Assembly: GCA_029548485.1 (NCBI GenBank)
Contig: JAKPNH010000006.1
Span: forward strand, 13,937-77,936
DNA from: a bacterium
Lineage (GTDB): Bacteria; Patescibacteriota; Minisyncoccia; UBA6257; Colwellbacteraceae
Length of the DNA: 64,000 nucleotides
Direction of reading: 5' to 3'
Shown here: positions 48,597-58,622 of the stretch, piece by piece
Layout of the letters: every line of letters starts with the position of its first letter
Numbering within the stretch: position 1 is the stretch's first letter
Made by a program: the position numbers and the translations under genes
Notes under the pieces: generated by a model
Told to the model about the DNA's origin: nothing
Seen by the model: the letters and a program-made list of their open reading frames with translations, nothing else
Databases searched by the model: none

Positions 48597-51500
48597 ATGG
48601 ACGACTTCAAATCTTTAAAACTGAAAATCGCCTCTCCGGAAGAAGTGCTCAAATGGTCTTACGGCGAGGTCACCAAGCCGGAAACCATCAATTACCGGAC
48701 GCAGCGTCCGGAAAAAGACGGGCTTTTTTCCGAACGGATTTTCGGACCGACCAAGGATTACGAATGCTATTGCGGCAAATACAAGAAGATCCGTTACAAA
48801 GGAGTGGTTTGCGACAAGTGCGGCGTCGAAGTGACGCGTTCTTCGGTGAGGAGAGAGAGAATGGGCCACATCAAGCTGGCGGCGCCGGTCGCCCACATCT
48901 GGTTTTTGAGAAGCGTTCCGTCGAGGATCGGTCTGGCTTTGGACGCGCCGGTCGCCAAGCTCGAGAAAGTCATCTATTACGCCGCCTACATCATCACTTC
49001 GGTCGACGAAGAAGCGAGAAAAGCGGCCATCGAAGAAGTCGACCGGGAATTCAAATCGAGGAAAAAGCTCGAAGAGATCGACGAGCTCGGAATGGCCGCC
49101 GAAGTCGCCAAGCAGACTTTGAAGGAACTGCGCCCGGGAACGATCCTTTCCGAGGCGGAATTCTACAATCTTTCCCGCAGATTCGGGAATGTTTTCCAGG
49201 CGAGAGCCGGGGCCGAAGGCGTGCGCAAGGTTTTGGAGGACCTCGACGCGGAAAAGGAAATCAAGGTTGTCGAGAAAGAATTGGAAAAAACCGACGACAC
49301 GAGCCGCAGGCAAAGGTTGGCGAGGAGATTGAAGTTCTTCATCGCCATGAAGAGGAACGCCATCAGACCGGAATGGATGGTCATGACCGAGCTTCCGGTT
49401 TTGCCGCCGGACCTCCGGCCGATGGTCGCTTTGGACGGAGGCCGCTACGCCACCTCGGATTTGAACGACCTTTATCGCCGCGTCATCAACCGCAACAACC
49501 GCTTGAAAAAGCTTTTGGAGCTCAAGGCTCCGGAAATAATCGTCGTTAACGAAAAACGCATGCTCCAGGAGGCGGTCGACGCCTTAATCGACAACACCGC
49601 CCGCATGGGCCGGGCCCAGCTTTCGGCGAGACGCCGGCCGCTTCGGTCCTTGGCCGACATGCTCAAGGGAAAACAGGGCAGGTTCAGACAGAACTTGCTC
49701 GGAAAGCGCGTCGACTATTCGGGCCGATCGGTCATCGTCGTCGGGCCAAACCTCAAATACGACGAATGCGGTCTGCCGAAAAAAATGGCTTTGGAGCTTT
49801 TCAGGCCGTTCGTCATTTCCAAAATCATCGAAAGGGGTCTGGCGTACAATATCAAAAACGCCAACCGTCTGATCGAATCCGCTCCGACGGAAATATGGGA
49901 GATCCTCGAAGAAGTCATCAAAAACCGCTACGTGCTTTTGAACCGCGCCCCGACTTTGCATAGGCTCGGCATCCAGGCTTTCAAGCCGATTTTGATCGAA
50001 GACCTGGCCATTCAAATTCCGCCGTTAGTCTGTTCGGGATTCAACGCCGATTTCGACGGCGACCAGATGGCCGTGCATCTTCCTTTGACCGACGAAGCCC
50101 AGAAGGAAAGCGAGTTTCTGATGCTTTCGAGCCGCAATATTTTGAAACCGGCTTCGGGCGACCCCATTCCCGGTCCCTGGAACGACATTGTCTTGGGAGT
50201 TTTCTATCTGACCGAAGCCGATCCCGAAGCCAAAGGCAGCGGCAAAGTCTTCGGCAGCAAGGAAGAGGCGGTCTTGGCTTACGATAGCGACGTTGTCGAT
50301 CTTCGGGCCGTGATCAAAATCAACAAGGAATTGGAAACCACTTGCGGCCGGATTATTTTCAACCGCGCCCTGCCCGAAGAAATCGGCTACGTTAACGATC
50401 CCATAAACAAGAAAACGATGAACCAGCTTTTCGCGAGGATCCTGAACGAATGCGGACTCGAGAAAGGCAAAACGGCGCTCGACGCCATCCAGGAACTCGG
50501 ATTCGAATACGCCACCAAATCGGGAATCACCTGGGGCATGTCCGACCTGGTGGTGCCCGAAGAAAAGAAGGGAATCATCGAGGCGGCGAACGCCAGAGTA
50601 GCGACGATCGACGAACAATACGAAAGCGGACTTTTGACCGAAAGCGAAAGAAAATCCCGCGTCATCGAAATCTGGGACAACGTCAAAACCGAAATAGAAA
50701 AAGTGGCCAAGGCGGCTTTGCCCAAATCGAGCCCGGTCTCGACCATCATCGCTTCCGGCGCGAGAGGCAGCTGGGAGCAGGTGAACCAGATGATGGGCAT
50801 GAGGGGGCTTGTCAAAAATCCGCAGGGAGAGATCATCGATCTGCCCGTCACTTCCTGTTACAAAGAGGGATTCTCGCCGCTCGAATATTTCATTTCCGTC
50901 CACGGAAACAGGAAAGGATTGGTGGATACCGCTTTGAAAACAGCCGAAGCCGGATACCTCACCCGCCGCATGATCGACGTCAGCCAAAGCCTGGTGATCA
51001 AAGAAGAGGATTGCCACACCAAGGAAGGAATCGAAATTAGGCGCGCCGAAGGACTTGAGTTCGGACACAAGTTTTCCGACAGGCTTTTTTCGCGCACCAG
51101 CTTGGAAGAAATAAAATCCAAAGGCAAGATTATCGTCAAAGCGAACGAGATCATCGCGATCGAAGCGGCCAAAGCGATCGAAGCCGATCCGGCGATCGAG
51201 GTCGTCAAAGTCCGGTCTCCGATGACCTGTAAAACCCTCTACGGCATTTGCGCCAAATGCTACGGATACGATCTGGGGCACAACGAACCGATCAATCTCG
51301 GCGAAGCGGTCGGCGTCATCGCCGCCCAGTCGATCGGCGAGCCGGGAACCCAGCTCACCCTTCGGACCACCCATTCCGGCGGCGTCGCCCGCGCGGACAT
51401 CACTTCGGGACTGCCGAGGATCGAGGAGCTTTTCGAAGTGCGCGTTCCGAAGGGCAAGGCTTTGCTTTCCGAATACGACGGCGTTGTCGACAAAATAGAG

Positions 51501-52184
51501 GACAAAGGTAATCTGCGTTCGGTTTTCGTCAAAGTGAACAAGAAAGCCGGCGCCAAGAAAGACAAAATCGTCGAATACCAGATGCCGAGAAATACCTTGT
51601 TGCTTATCGAATCCGGACAGGTGGTCTCGAAAGGAGACGCCCTTTCCGAAGGCAGCATCGATTTGAAAGAACTTTACGTTTATAAAGGCAAAGAAGAGGT
51701 CTATCGTTATTTGATCCGCGAAGCCCAGAAAATTTACGTTTCCGAAGGAGCGGCCATCAACAACAAGCACTTGGAAGTGGTTTTGAGGCAGATGTTCTCC
51801 AGAGTGCGCATTTCCGACCCGGGTCAGAGCCAATTCGTCATCGGGGAGGTGATCGACAAGTCGAGATTCTTCGAGGTGAACCGCGATTTGAAGAAAGCCG
51901 GGAAAGAACCGGCGCGAGCCGAGGAATTGCTTTTGGGTATCGATAAGGTGGCGCTGTCGGCTGAGGGATTCTTGTCCGCCGCTTCGTTCCAGGAAACGGC
52001 GAGAGTTTTGGTTTCGGCCGCTTCCGAAGGCAAGGAAGATCCGCTCGTCGGCCTCAAAGAGAACGTCATCATCGGCCGATTGCTGCCGATAGGCACGAGC
52101 TTCAGGGGCGAATTCGAGAATATCGAAGAAAAAGAAGAACCGACCGCTCCGAATGCGGAAAGCGAGCCGGTTTCGGGAGAGTAA
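48597..52184 (+). CDS. rpoC: RNA polymerase beta' subunit
   Basis: NADFDGD, Zn ribbon, QSIGEPGTQLT. Confidence 0.98.
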   Translation: MDDFKSLKLKIASPEEVLKWSYGEVTKPETINYRTQRPEKDGLFSERIFGPTKDYECYCGKYKKIRYKGVVCDKCGVEVTRSSVRRERMGHIKLAAPVAHIWFLRSVPSRIGLALDAPVAKLEKVIYYAAYIITSVDEEARKAAIEEVDREFKSRKKLEEIDELGMAAEVAKQTLKELRPGTILSEAEFYNLSRRFGNVFQARAGAEGVRKVLEDLDAEKEIKVVEKELEKTDDTSRRQRLARRLKFFIAMKRNAIRPEWMVMTELPVLPPDLRPMVALDGGRYATSDLNDLYRRVINRNNRLKKLLELKAPEIIVVNEKRMLQEAVDALIDNTARMGRAQLSARRRPLRSLADMLKGKQGRFRQNLLGKRVDYSGRSVIVVGPNLKYDECGLPKKMALELFRPFVISKIIERGLAYNIKNANRLIESAPTEIWEILEEVIKNRYVLLNRAPTLHRLGIQAFKPILIEDLAIQIPPLVCSGFNADFDGDQMAVHLPLTDEAQKESEFLMLSSRNILKPASGDPIPGPWNDIVLGVFYLTEADPEAKGSGKVFGSKEEAVLAYDSDVVDLRAVIKINKELETTCGRIIFNRALPEEIGYVNDPINKKTMNQLFARILNECGLEKGKTALDAIQELGFEYATKSGITWGMSDLVVPEEKKGIIEAANARVATIDEQYESGLLTESERKSRVIEIWDNVKTEIEKVAKAALPKSSPVSTIIASGARGSWEQVNQMMGMRGLVKNPQGEIIDLPVTSCYKEGFSPLEYFISVHGNRKGLVDTALKTAEAGYLTRRMIDVSQSLVIKEEDCHTKEGIEIRRAEGLEFGHKFSDRLFSRTSLEEIKSKGKIIVKANEIIAIEAAKAIEADPAIEVVKVRSPMTCKTLYGICAKCYGYDLGHNEPINLGEAVGVIAAQSIGEPGTQLTLRTTHSGGVARADITSGLPRIEELFEVRVPKGKALLSEYDGVVDKIEDKGNLRSVFVKVNKKAGAKKDKIVEYQMPRNTLLLIESGQVVSKGDALSEGSIDLKELYVYKGKEEVYRYLIREAQKIYVSEGAAINNKHLEVVLRQMFSRVRISDPGQSQFVIGEVIDKSRFFEVNRDLKKAGKEPARAEELLLGIDKVALSAEGFLSAASFQETARVLVSAASEGKEDPLVGLKENVIIGRLLPIGTSFRGEFENIEEKEEPTAPNAESEPVSGE

Positions 52185-52219
52185 ATTGACAATACCGGAG
52201 CCGATAAGTTAGGCTATCA

Positions 52220-52645
52220 ATGTTTCCGATGGATACCGAAGAAAAGAGAAAATACGAAATAGCGCTTTTGACGAGAGACGAGCAAACCGCCCTGAAGGCG
52301 GCTGATTTGCTTTCCGGCGAAGGCGCGGAAATCATCGTCGGCCCCAGGCCCGGCCTCATCAAATTGGCTTACAAGATCGACAAGGAAGAATCGGCTTTTT
52401 TCTCTTTCATCGATTTCGAATCGCTGCCCGAGAAGATCGCTTCTTTGGAAAAAGCGCTCAAGCTCGACAAATCGATCTTGAGGTTCTTGATCGTCACTCC
52501 GCCTCCGGCCAAGGCGGTGGCGAAATCGTTCGGCAAAAAACCAACGGCCGATTCCGCTCCCAAACCGGAGGCGGCCGACGACACCGTCAAAGAGTCGCTG
52601 AGCAACGAGGCTCTGGAACAAAAACTCGAAGAAATTTTGTCTTAA
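52220..52645 (+). CDS. rpsF: 30S ribosomal protein bS6
   Basis: KYEI, KLAYKI, ILRFLIV; first gene of rpsF-ssb-rpsR. Confidence 0.88.
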   Translation: MFPMDTEEKRKYEIALLTRDEQTALKAADLLSGEGAEIIVGPRPGLIKLAYKIDKEESAFFSFIDFESLPEKIASLEKALKLDKSILRFLIVTPPPAKAVAKSFGKKPTADSAPKPEAADDTVKESLSNEALEQKLEEILS

Positions 52646-53094
52646 TGAACCTCAATAAAGTTTTTTTGATAGGCAGGCTGACGATCGATCCGGAGATCAG
52701 GACTATTCCTTCCGGAGACAAAGTGACTTCTTTCGGCGTCGCCACCAATCGGACCTGGACCGACAAATCCGGAAACCGGAAAGAGGCGACGGAATTCCAC
52801 AACGTGGTTCTTTGGGGCAGGCAGGCGGAAATCGTCAGCCAGTTCCTGAAGAAGGGAAGCGTCATTTTCGTCGAAGGCCGGCTGCAGACGAGGAGCTGGC
52901 AGGGCAAGGACGGAGTTTCCCGGAGGACGACCGAAATCATCGGCGAAAGGGTCCAGCTGGGACCCCGGGCCGGAAACCAAGGATCGTCGGAAGAAACTCC
53001 CGAGGCGGCCCCGGAAGCGGTCGAAAAACCCGAAGAAATGCCGGTGATCGATTTAGACGAAGAAGGCATCAAACCGGAAGACTTACCATTTTAA
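52645..53094 (+). CDS. ssb: Single-stranded DNA-binding protein
   Basis: LNKVFLIGRL, VEGRLQTRSW, C-terminal DLPF. Confidence 0.96.
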   Translation: MNLNKVFLIGRLTIDPEIRTIPSGDKVTSFGVATNRTWTDKSGNRKEATEFHNVVLWGRQAEIVSQFLKKGSVIFVEGRLQTRSWQGKDGVSRRTTEIIGERVQLGPRAGNQGSSEETPEAAPEAVEKPEEMPVIDLDEEGIKPEDLPF

Positions 53095-53106
53095 CTTTTT
53101 AACACC

Positions 53107-53310
53107 ATGGAAAGGCAATGTTTTTTTTGTTCCCAGAATATGACCGACGTCGATTATAAAGACGTCGAGCTTTTGAGAAGGTTTGTCTCGGGCCAGGCGA
53201 AAATCATCGATCCGAAACATACCGGAACCTGCGCCAAGCACCAGAGGATTTTGGCGCAAGCCGTGAAAAGAGCGAGATTCATGGGCCTTTTGCCCTTTGT
53301 CAGGCAATAA
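53107..53310 (+). CDS. rpsR: 30S ribosomal protein bS18
   Basis: CFFC, DYKDV, KHQR..AVKRAR..GLLPF. Confidence 0.96.
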   Translation: MERQCFFCSQNMTDVDYKDVELLRRFVSGQAKIIDPKHTGTCAKHQRILAQAVKRARFMGLLPFVRQ

Positions 53311-53855
53311 TGTTCGCTTTCGACAAACCGGTTTTCAACTGGCTCTACGGGCTCGCCGGACGCTTTTGGCTTTTGGATTACGCCGTGGTTTTTTCGGCCA
53401 AGTGGCTTATTTGGCTCGCGCTCGGAGTTTTCGCGATCGCGGTTTGGCGTTCGCAAAGCTTGAGAACCCGGGCTTATTTCTTTTCCTTGGCCGCTTTGGG
53501 AGCGATCCTCTCGAGAGGAATCCTCGCCGAGATCATCCGCTACGCGAGATACAATCCGCGGCCGTTCGAAGAATTGGGAATCGATCCGCTTTTCGAGCAA
53601 TACGCCACGGCCAGTTTTCCTTCGGGACACGTCGCTTTTCTTTTCCCGATAGCGCTCGCGGCCTGGAAGTACAATAAAAAATTGGGTATTTGGATTATCG
53701 CGGCCACGGTCCTCATGGGCCTTTCGAGGGTAATCGCCGGAGTCCATTGGCTGACCGATATCGCCGCCGGATTTCTGGTCGGCGCCATCGGATTTTTCGT
53801 TGCCCAAGCGCTTTTACCCCGTCTTGAAAAGAAGGCAGAAGAGAAGCTATCATAG
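53310..53855 (+). CDS. PAP2 family phosphatase (undecaprenyl-PP phosphatase-like)
   Basis: RP, SFPSGH, SRV.AGVHW..D. Confidence 0.92.
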   Translation: MFAFDKPVFNWLYGLAGRFWLLDYAVVFSAKWLIWLALGVFAIAVWRSQSLRTRAYFFSLAALGAILSRGILAEIIRYARYNPRPFEELGIDPLFEQYATASFPSGHVAFLFPIALAAWKYNKKLGIWIIAATVLMGLSRVIAGVHWLTDIAAGFLVGAIGFFVAQALLPRLEKKAEEKLS

Positions 53856-53886
53856 ATAAGGCCGAAGAAAAACATTAAATAAAAAA

Positions 53887-54582
53887 ATGAACGAGAAAAC
53901 AAAGATATTCTTGGTTCCGGGAGCGATTGTTGTCGCGGGAATCATCATCGCCGTTGCTGTTCTTTATTCCGGAGGAGCAATCGACATGAAAAGCCAAACG
54001 GCCCAGGTAGGAGAAGGGTTTGCGGCCTTGAAAAGCCTGAAAGCGGTAAACAGCGAGGACCACATTTTGGGGAACGCTTCTGCCAAGGTTAAAATCGTCA
54101 CTTTTTCCGACATGGATTGTCCGTATTGCCAGCGGTTCAACGCGACCATCAAGGAAATCCTTGATGTTTACGGAGATAAGATCGCCGTGGTCTACCGGCA
54201 TTTTCCTTTGACCATGCTTCATCCAAACGCGGAAAAAGAAGCCGAGGCGACCGAATGCGCGGCCAAGCTCGGAGGCAACGGAGGATTCTGGAATTACTTC
54301 GATGAATATGAGGCGGAGATCGTGGCCGGAAAAGCTTTCAGCGAAGATCTGCTTCTTGATGTTGCCGCATCGGTTGGACTCGACAGGGGAAGCTTCACGG
54401 CTTGCCTTCAAAGCGACGAACCGGGAAAACTCGTGAAAGAGGACGCGGATAACGCCGAGGAAATCGGCATCACCGGAACGCCTTTCAGCGTCATTCTTTC
54501 GAACAACAAGCCCGTGGACACGATCGAAGGCGCTTATCCGATCGAAGCCGTCAAAGAGAAACTGGATCAGTATATAAAGTAA
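53887..54582 (+). CDS. DsbA family thiol-disulfide oxidoreductase
   Basis: CPYC, RHFPL, GTP cis-Pro loop. Confidence 0.92.
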   Translation: MNEKTKIFLVPGAIVVAGIIIAVAVLYSGGAIDMKSQTAQVGEGFAALKSLKAVNSEDHILGNASAKVKIVTFSDMDCPYCQRFNATIKEILDVYGDKIAVVYRHFPLTMLHPNAEKEAEATECAAKLGGNGGFWNYFDEYEAEIVAGKAFSEDLLLDVAASVGLDRGSFTACLQSDEPGKLVKEDADNAEEIGITGTPFSVILSNNKPVDTIEGAYPIEAVKEKLDQYIK

Positions 54583-54644
54583 ATCGGATAAAGATAAAAA
54601 ACTCCGCCCGACAAAGGCGGAGTTTTTACATTAAGTAGTTTATG

Positions 54645-54727
54645 TGCCCAGGGGGAGAGTTGAACTCCCACGTCCTTGCGAACAAAGGTTTTTGAGACCT
54701 TCGCGTATACCATTCCGCCACCTGGGC
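54645..54727 (-). tRNA. tRNA-Leu(CAA)
   Basis: AAGGT-CTCAAAA-ACCTT, variable arm. Confidence 0.92.
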
Positions 54728-54806
54728 AAAAACTTCAATAAAAATAACAAGATTTCCGCTTCAAGTCAAAATGGCCGCGGCCGTAAAAATATCGTAAAAT
54801 AAAGAT

Positions 54807-55610
54807 ATGGCGCGCGTGATCGCGATTTGCAACCAAAAAGGCGGAGTCGGCAAGACGACGACCGCCGTCAACCTGGGTTCGTATCTGGCCGCCTTCGGAC
54901 GTAAGGTTTTGCTTATCGATTTCGATCCGCAGGCGAACGCGAGTTCGGCTTTAGGATATTCTGCGAACGACGGCGGAACCATTTACCAAGGGCTGATCGG
55001 AGAAGCGGAGCCGCAAAGACTCATCCGGCCGACAATGATTCTGAATTGCCATTTCATTCCTTCGGCCAGCCATTTGTCCGGCGCCCTGGTGGAATTCGTG
55101 AATCTGCCGGAACGGGAATATTTTTTGAAGAAATTCATCGACAAGGTAAGGAACGCTTACGATTATATATTGATCGACCTTCCGCCGACCTTGAGCCTAC
55201 TCATGCTGAACGGCTTGCTCGCTTCGGGCGAGGTGATCATCCCGGTCCAGGCGGAATATTACGGGCTCGAGGGATTGAGCCAGCTTCTTTCGACGCTCGA
55301 TCTCGTGAGGTCGAATTTGAATCACGATCTCAAAGTGGCGGGAGCTTTGATTACCATGTATGATAAATGGGAACATCTTTCCCAGGAAGTGGCCAAAAAC
55401 ATCAGGCGGAATTTCCCGTATTACGTTTTCGGGGTGGAGATACCGCGGTCGGTGAGTTTGGCCGAGGCGCCGAGCTTCGGCAAGCCGATACTGCTTTACG
55501 CGCCGTATTCCCAGGGGGCTTTGGCTTACCGCAGGTTCGCCTCCGAAGTGATGCAGCAGGAAAATCCGGCCGCAACCGAAACGGGAGAACAAACCGAAAA
55601 CAATACGTGA
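54807..55610 (+). CDS. parA: ParA/Soj ATPase
   Basis: NQKGGVGKTTT, DFDPQANA. Confidence 0.95.
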   Translation: MARVIAICNQKGGVGKTTTAVNLGSYLAAFGRKVLLIDFDPQANASSALGYSANDGGTIYQGLIGEAEPQRLIRPTMILNCHFIPSASHLSGALVEFVNLPEREYFLKKFIDKVRNAYDYILIDLPPTLSLLMLNGLLASGEVIIPVQAEYYGLEGLSQLLSTLDLVRSNLNHDLKVAGALITMYDKWEHLSQEVAKNIRRNFPYYVFGVEIPRSVSLAEAPSFGKPILLYAPYSQGALAYRRFASEVMQQENPAATETGEQTENNT

Positions 55611-55611
55611 A

Positions 55612-56814
55612 ATGTTGGGTAAAGGACTTGAATCTTTGATCCCGCCGAAAGCGGGAAACGGGCAAGAAAACAACGGAAACGCGGTTCCGGTTTTTCCGGT
55701 GCAGTCGAATCCGGCGCCGGCCTTTATGAATCCGAACAGTCACGTCGATCCGTTCGCTTCGAGCGCCGACGCCGACCCGATGTCCGCGGCGAGAAACGTG
55801 GCCCCGGAAGCGTTTACGGCAAGCCCGGCTGTTTTGCCGATAAACAATCCGGTTCCGGAACCGATGACGCCGCGGCCCGAAAGCCCCGAACCTGTTTTCT
55901 CCGCCGGAAGCCAGGCGATGATCCCGGAAATAAAAACTTCGCCGATCTTGCGAGAAATAAAAAGTCCGGTTTACGACGATGATCCGGCCGAGAAAAAATC
56001 CGAAGCGGTTTTCCAAATCGAAGTCGAGAAAATCGTCCCGAACCCCGAGCAGCCGAGGAGGCATTTCGACGAAGAATCTTTGAGGGAGCTCGCGAGTTCC
56101 ATCAGGGAATTCGGGATCATCCAGCCGCTCATCGTTTCCAAAGTTTCCGAAGAAACAGAAAGCGGCACCGAAGTCCATTACGAGCTCATCGCCGGAGAAA
56201 GACGGCTGATGGCCGCCAAAATGGTGGGGCTCCGGACCGTTCCGGCGATCGTCAAACACGTTTCCGTGGGCCGGGAAAAACTGGAATTGGCCATAATCGA
56301 GAACATCCAGCGATCGGATTTAAATCCGATCGAGGAAGCGCGGGCTTACGCCAGGCTCCAGGACGAATTCCGGATGACCCAGCGGGAAATCGCCAGCCGT
56401 CTAGGCAAGAGCCGCGAGACCGTGGCGAACGCCATGAGGCTTTTGAATCTGCCTTCGGAAATTCAGACGGCTTTGGAAACCGGACAGTTGAACGAAAGTC
56501 AGGGGCGGCTGCTGCTCCAGATAGGCGACATCAAGCGCCAGATGGAAATATTTTATTCCATCCTGACGGACAAGCCGAGCGTCCGCGCTTTGAAGCAGCG
56601 CATCCGGGAAGAAGTGGCTCCCAAATCGGAAGCCCGTTCGATCGACCCGACGCTCGAGGCCATCAAAAACAGGCTCGAAGAGATCCTGGGAACCAAGGTG
56701 GATATCAGGACCGAAGGCGATAAAGGAAAAATCACCATCAATTTTTATTCGTCCGAAGAGCTGTCGTCTTTGATCGACAAGCTCGTCAGACAAAACGATA
56801 GTCGATCTCTTTAA
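55612..56814 (+). CDS. parB: ParB/Spo0J
   Basis: LGKGLESLI, NPEQPR, AGERR, IENIQRSDL, HTH. Confidence 0.95.
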   Translation: MLGKGLESLIPPKAGNGQENNGNAVPVFPVQSNPAPAFMNPNSHVDPFASSADADPMSAARNVAPEAFTASPAVLPINNPVPEPMTPRPESPEPVFSAGSQAMIPEIKTSPILREIKSPVYDDDPAEKKSEAVFQIEVEKIVPNPEQPRRHFDEESLRELASSIREFGIIQPLIVSKVSEETESGTEVHYELIAGERRLMAAKMVGLRTVPAIVKHVSVGREKLELAIIENIQRSDLNPIEEARAYARLQDEFRMTQREIASRLGKSRETVANAMRLLNLPSEIQTALETGQLNESQGRLLLQIGDIKRQMEIFYSILTDKPSVRALKQRIREEVAPKSEARSIDPTLEAIKNRLEEILGTKVDIRTEGDKGKITINFYSSEELSSLIDKLVRQNDSRSL

Positions 56815-58471
56815 TCCCTTTAAGGGATTTGATTTTGACGATAAGCTGGGAGATTTTCCGGCGGTCGGAAGAGTCGCATCTTATTTTGACCGTCTGGAAT
56901 CCGCTGCCGGTCGGGTTGGCCGAGAGGTTGACCAGGCTTAAATGGTTGCGGCCGACGACGTTCGACAAGTCTTTGATCAAATCCGGCCGAGCTTGGGCGA
57001 CGATGTGAAGCTCCGTCTGTTTCGGCTCGAAAAGCGGCCCTTTGTCTTTGAGGGCTTTTTTGATGCGGCTCACGGCCGACGAGGTTTTGACGAATTCGAG
57101 CCAGGAAATCGAGGGCTTTTTCCCTTTATGGACGACGATCTCCACGATGTCGCTCGATCGGAGTTCGTGGTTCAAAGGTACTATCTTGCCGTTAACTTTG
57201 GCGCCGACGCACTGGTTTCCGAGATCGGTGTGGATCTGGTAGGCGAAATCGATCGGGGTGGCTCCGGCCGGCAAGTCGACCACCTGGCCTTTGGGCGTGA
57301 TCGCGAAAATGCGGTCTTTGAAAAAATCCATTTTAAGGGCGTCGATGAAATCCGCGGAATCGGTTTCTTCTTCCTGCCAGGCGCGGAGCCGCTCCACCCA
57401 GGAGATATCCTGGTTCTTGGCGAAGGAGACGCGTTTTTTACCTCCGGATTTCGCTTCTTCGTAAGCCCAGTGGGCGGCCACGCCGTTTTCCGCCTCTTCG
57501 TGCATCTCCATGGTCCTGATCTGGAACTCGACTATTTTCTGTCCGACGCAGAAGACGACGGTGTGCAAACTCCGGTAGCCGTTCGGCTTGGGCATAGCGA
57601 TATAATCTTTGATCCGTCCGGGTAAGGGCGGCCAAAGCTTGTGGACGACGCCGAGCGCGGCGTAGCAATCCTGAATGTTCTCGACGATGATGCGGAAAGC
57701 GACCAGATCGTGGATCTTGTCGATATCCATGTCGTACCGCAGGAGTTTTTTATAGAGGCTCGAATACCGCTTGGCCCGGAAATCGACTTTGAGCGGTTTG
57801 ATGTTCGCGAGCGTCAGTTCCTTGATAACGATCGGTTTGATCCTTTTCAGGTATTTTTCCCGTTCGGCATATCGGGTTTTCATGTTGGAGATTAGCCATT
57901 TGTATTCCTCCGGATAGAGATAAGGGAAGGCGAGGTCTTCGAGTTCTCCGGCGAGCCTTTGCATGCCGAGCCGGTAGGCAAGCGAGGAATATATTTCGTA
58001 GGTTTCGAGGCTGATCCTTTTTTGCTTGTCCGAAGGAAGGGATCTCAAAGTCTGCATGTTGTGCAGCCTGTCGGCGAGCTTCACGAAAATCACCCGGAGA
58101 TCTTTCGAGGTGGCGAGTATCAGTTTTTTGATGTTGTCTTTCTGCTTCTCGTCTCCGCGGTATTTGATGCGTCCGAGCTTGGTCGTGCCGTCGACCAAGT
58201 TCGCAATTTGAGGCCCGAAATTCTTGTCGATTTCCTCCAGGCGGCAGCCGGTGTCTTCGACGACGTCGTGCAAAAGCCCGGCGGCAATGGTCGTTTCGTC
58301 GAGATTCCAATCCGCCAGGTTCTGGGCGGTCTTGAGGCAGTGATTGATATAAGGCTCTCCCGAAGCCCTTTTTTGGTTTTTGTGGCAAGATTCCGCGAAA
58401 AAATAAGCCCGGGAAACAAGGGAGGCCCGGTTTTCCAAGGCTTCTTTTTTGACGTCTCTTCTAGTCTCCAT
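56786..58471 (-). CDS. rel: RelA/SpoT homolog (HD-SYNTH-TGS-ACT)
   Basis: RASGEPY..H, LLHDVVED, KPNGYRSLHT, EFQIRT, TGS. Confidence 0.93.
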   Translation of the reverse strand: METRRDVKKEALENRASLVSRAYFFAESCHKNQKRASGEPYINHCLKTAQNLADWNLDETTIAAGLLHDVVEDTGCRLEEIDKNFGPQIANLVDGTTKLGRIKYRGDEKQKDNIKKLILATSKDLRVIFVKLADRLHNMQTLRSLPSDKQKRISLETYEIYSSLAYRLGMQRLAGELEDLAFPYLYPEEYKWLISNMKTRYAEREKYLKRIKPIVIKELTLANIKPLKVDFRAKRYSSLYKKLLRYDMDIDKIHDLVAFRIIVENIQDCYAALGVVHKLWPPLPGRIKDYIAMPKPNGYRSLHTVVFCVGQKIVEFQIRTMEMHEEAENGVAAHWAYEEAKSGGKKRVSFAKNQDISWVERLRAWQEEETDSADFIDALKMDFFKDRIFAITPKGQVVDLPAGATPIDFAYQIHTDLGNQCVGAKVNGKIVPLNHELRSSDIVEIVVHKGKKPSISWLEFVKTSSAVSRIKKALKDKGPLFEPKQTELHIVAQARPDLIKDLSNVVGRNHLSLVNLSANPTGSGFQTVKIRCDSSDRRKISQLIVKIKSLKGIKEIDYRFV

Positions 58472-58622
58472 GGGCTTATATTAAGCTTCCCAAGCTTTAT
58501 TTGTCCATTTTTTCCGAATGTCTTTGACAAATCAGCCAATTTATGTTGTAATAATATACAGTATCTTTGACAAAAACCCGGACATGAAGGCCGGGAATAC
58601 GGATTTCAAGGAGGAAGAAGAC

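Noticed and set aside
50025-51833. Long antisense ORFs opposite rpoC (likewise recG, valS)
   Set aside because: Shadow frames caused by host codon bias; no recognisable motifs
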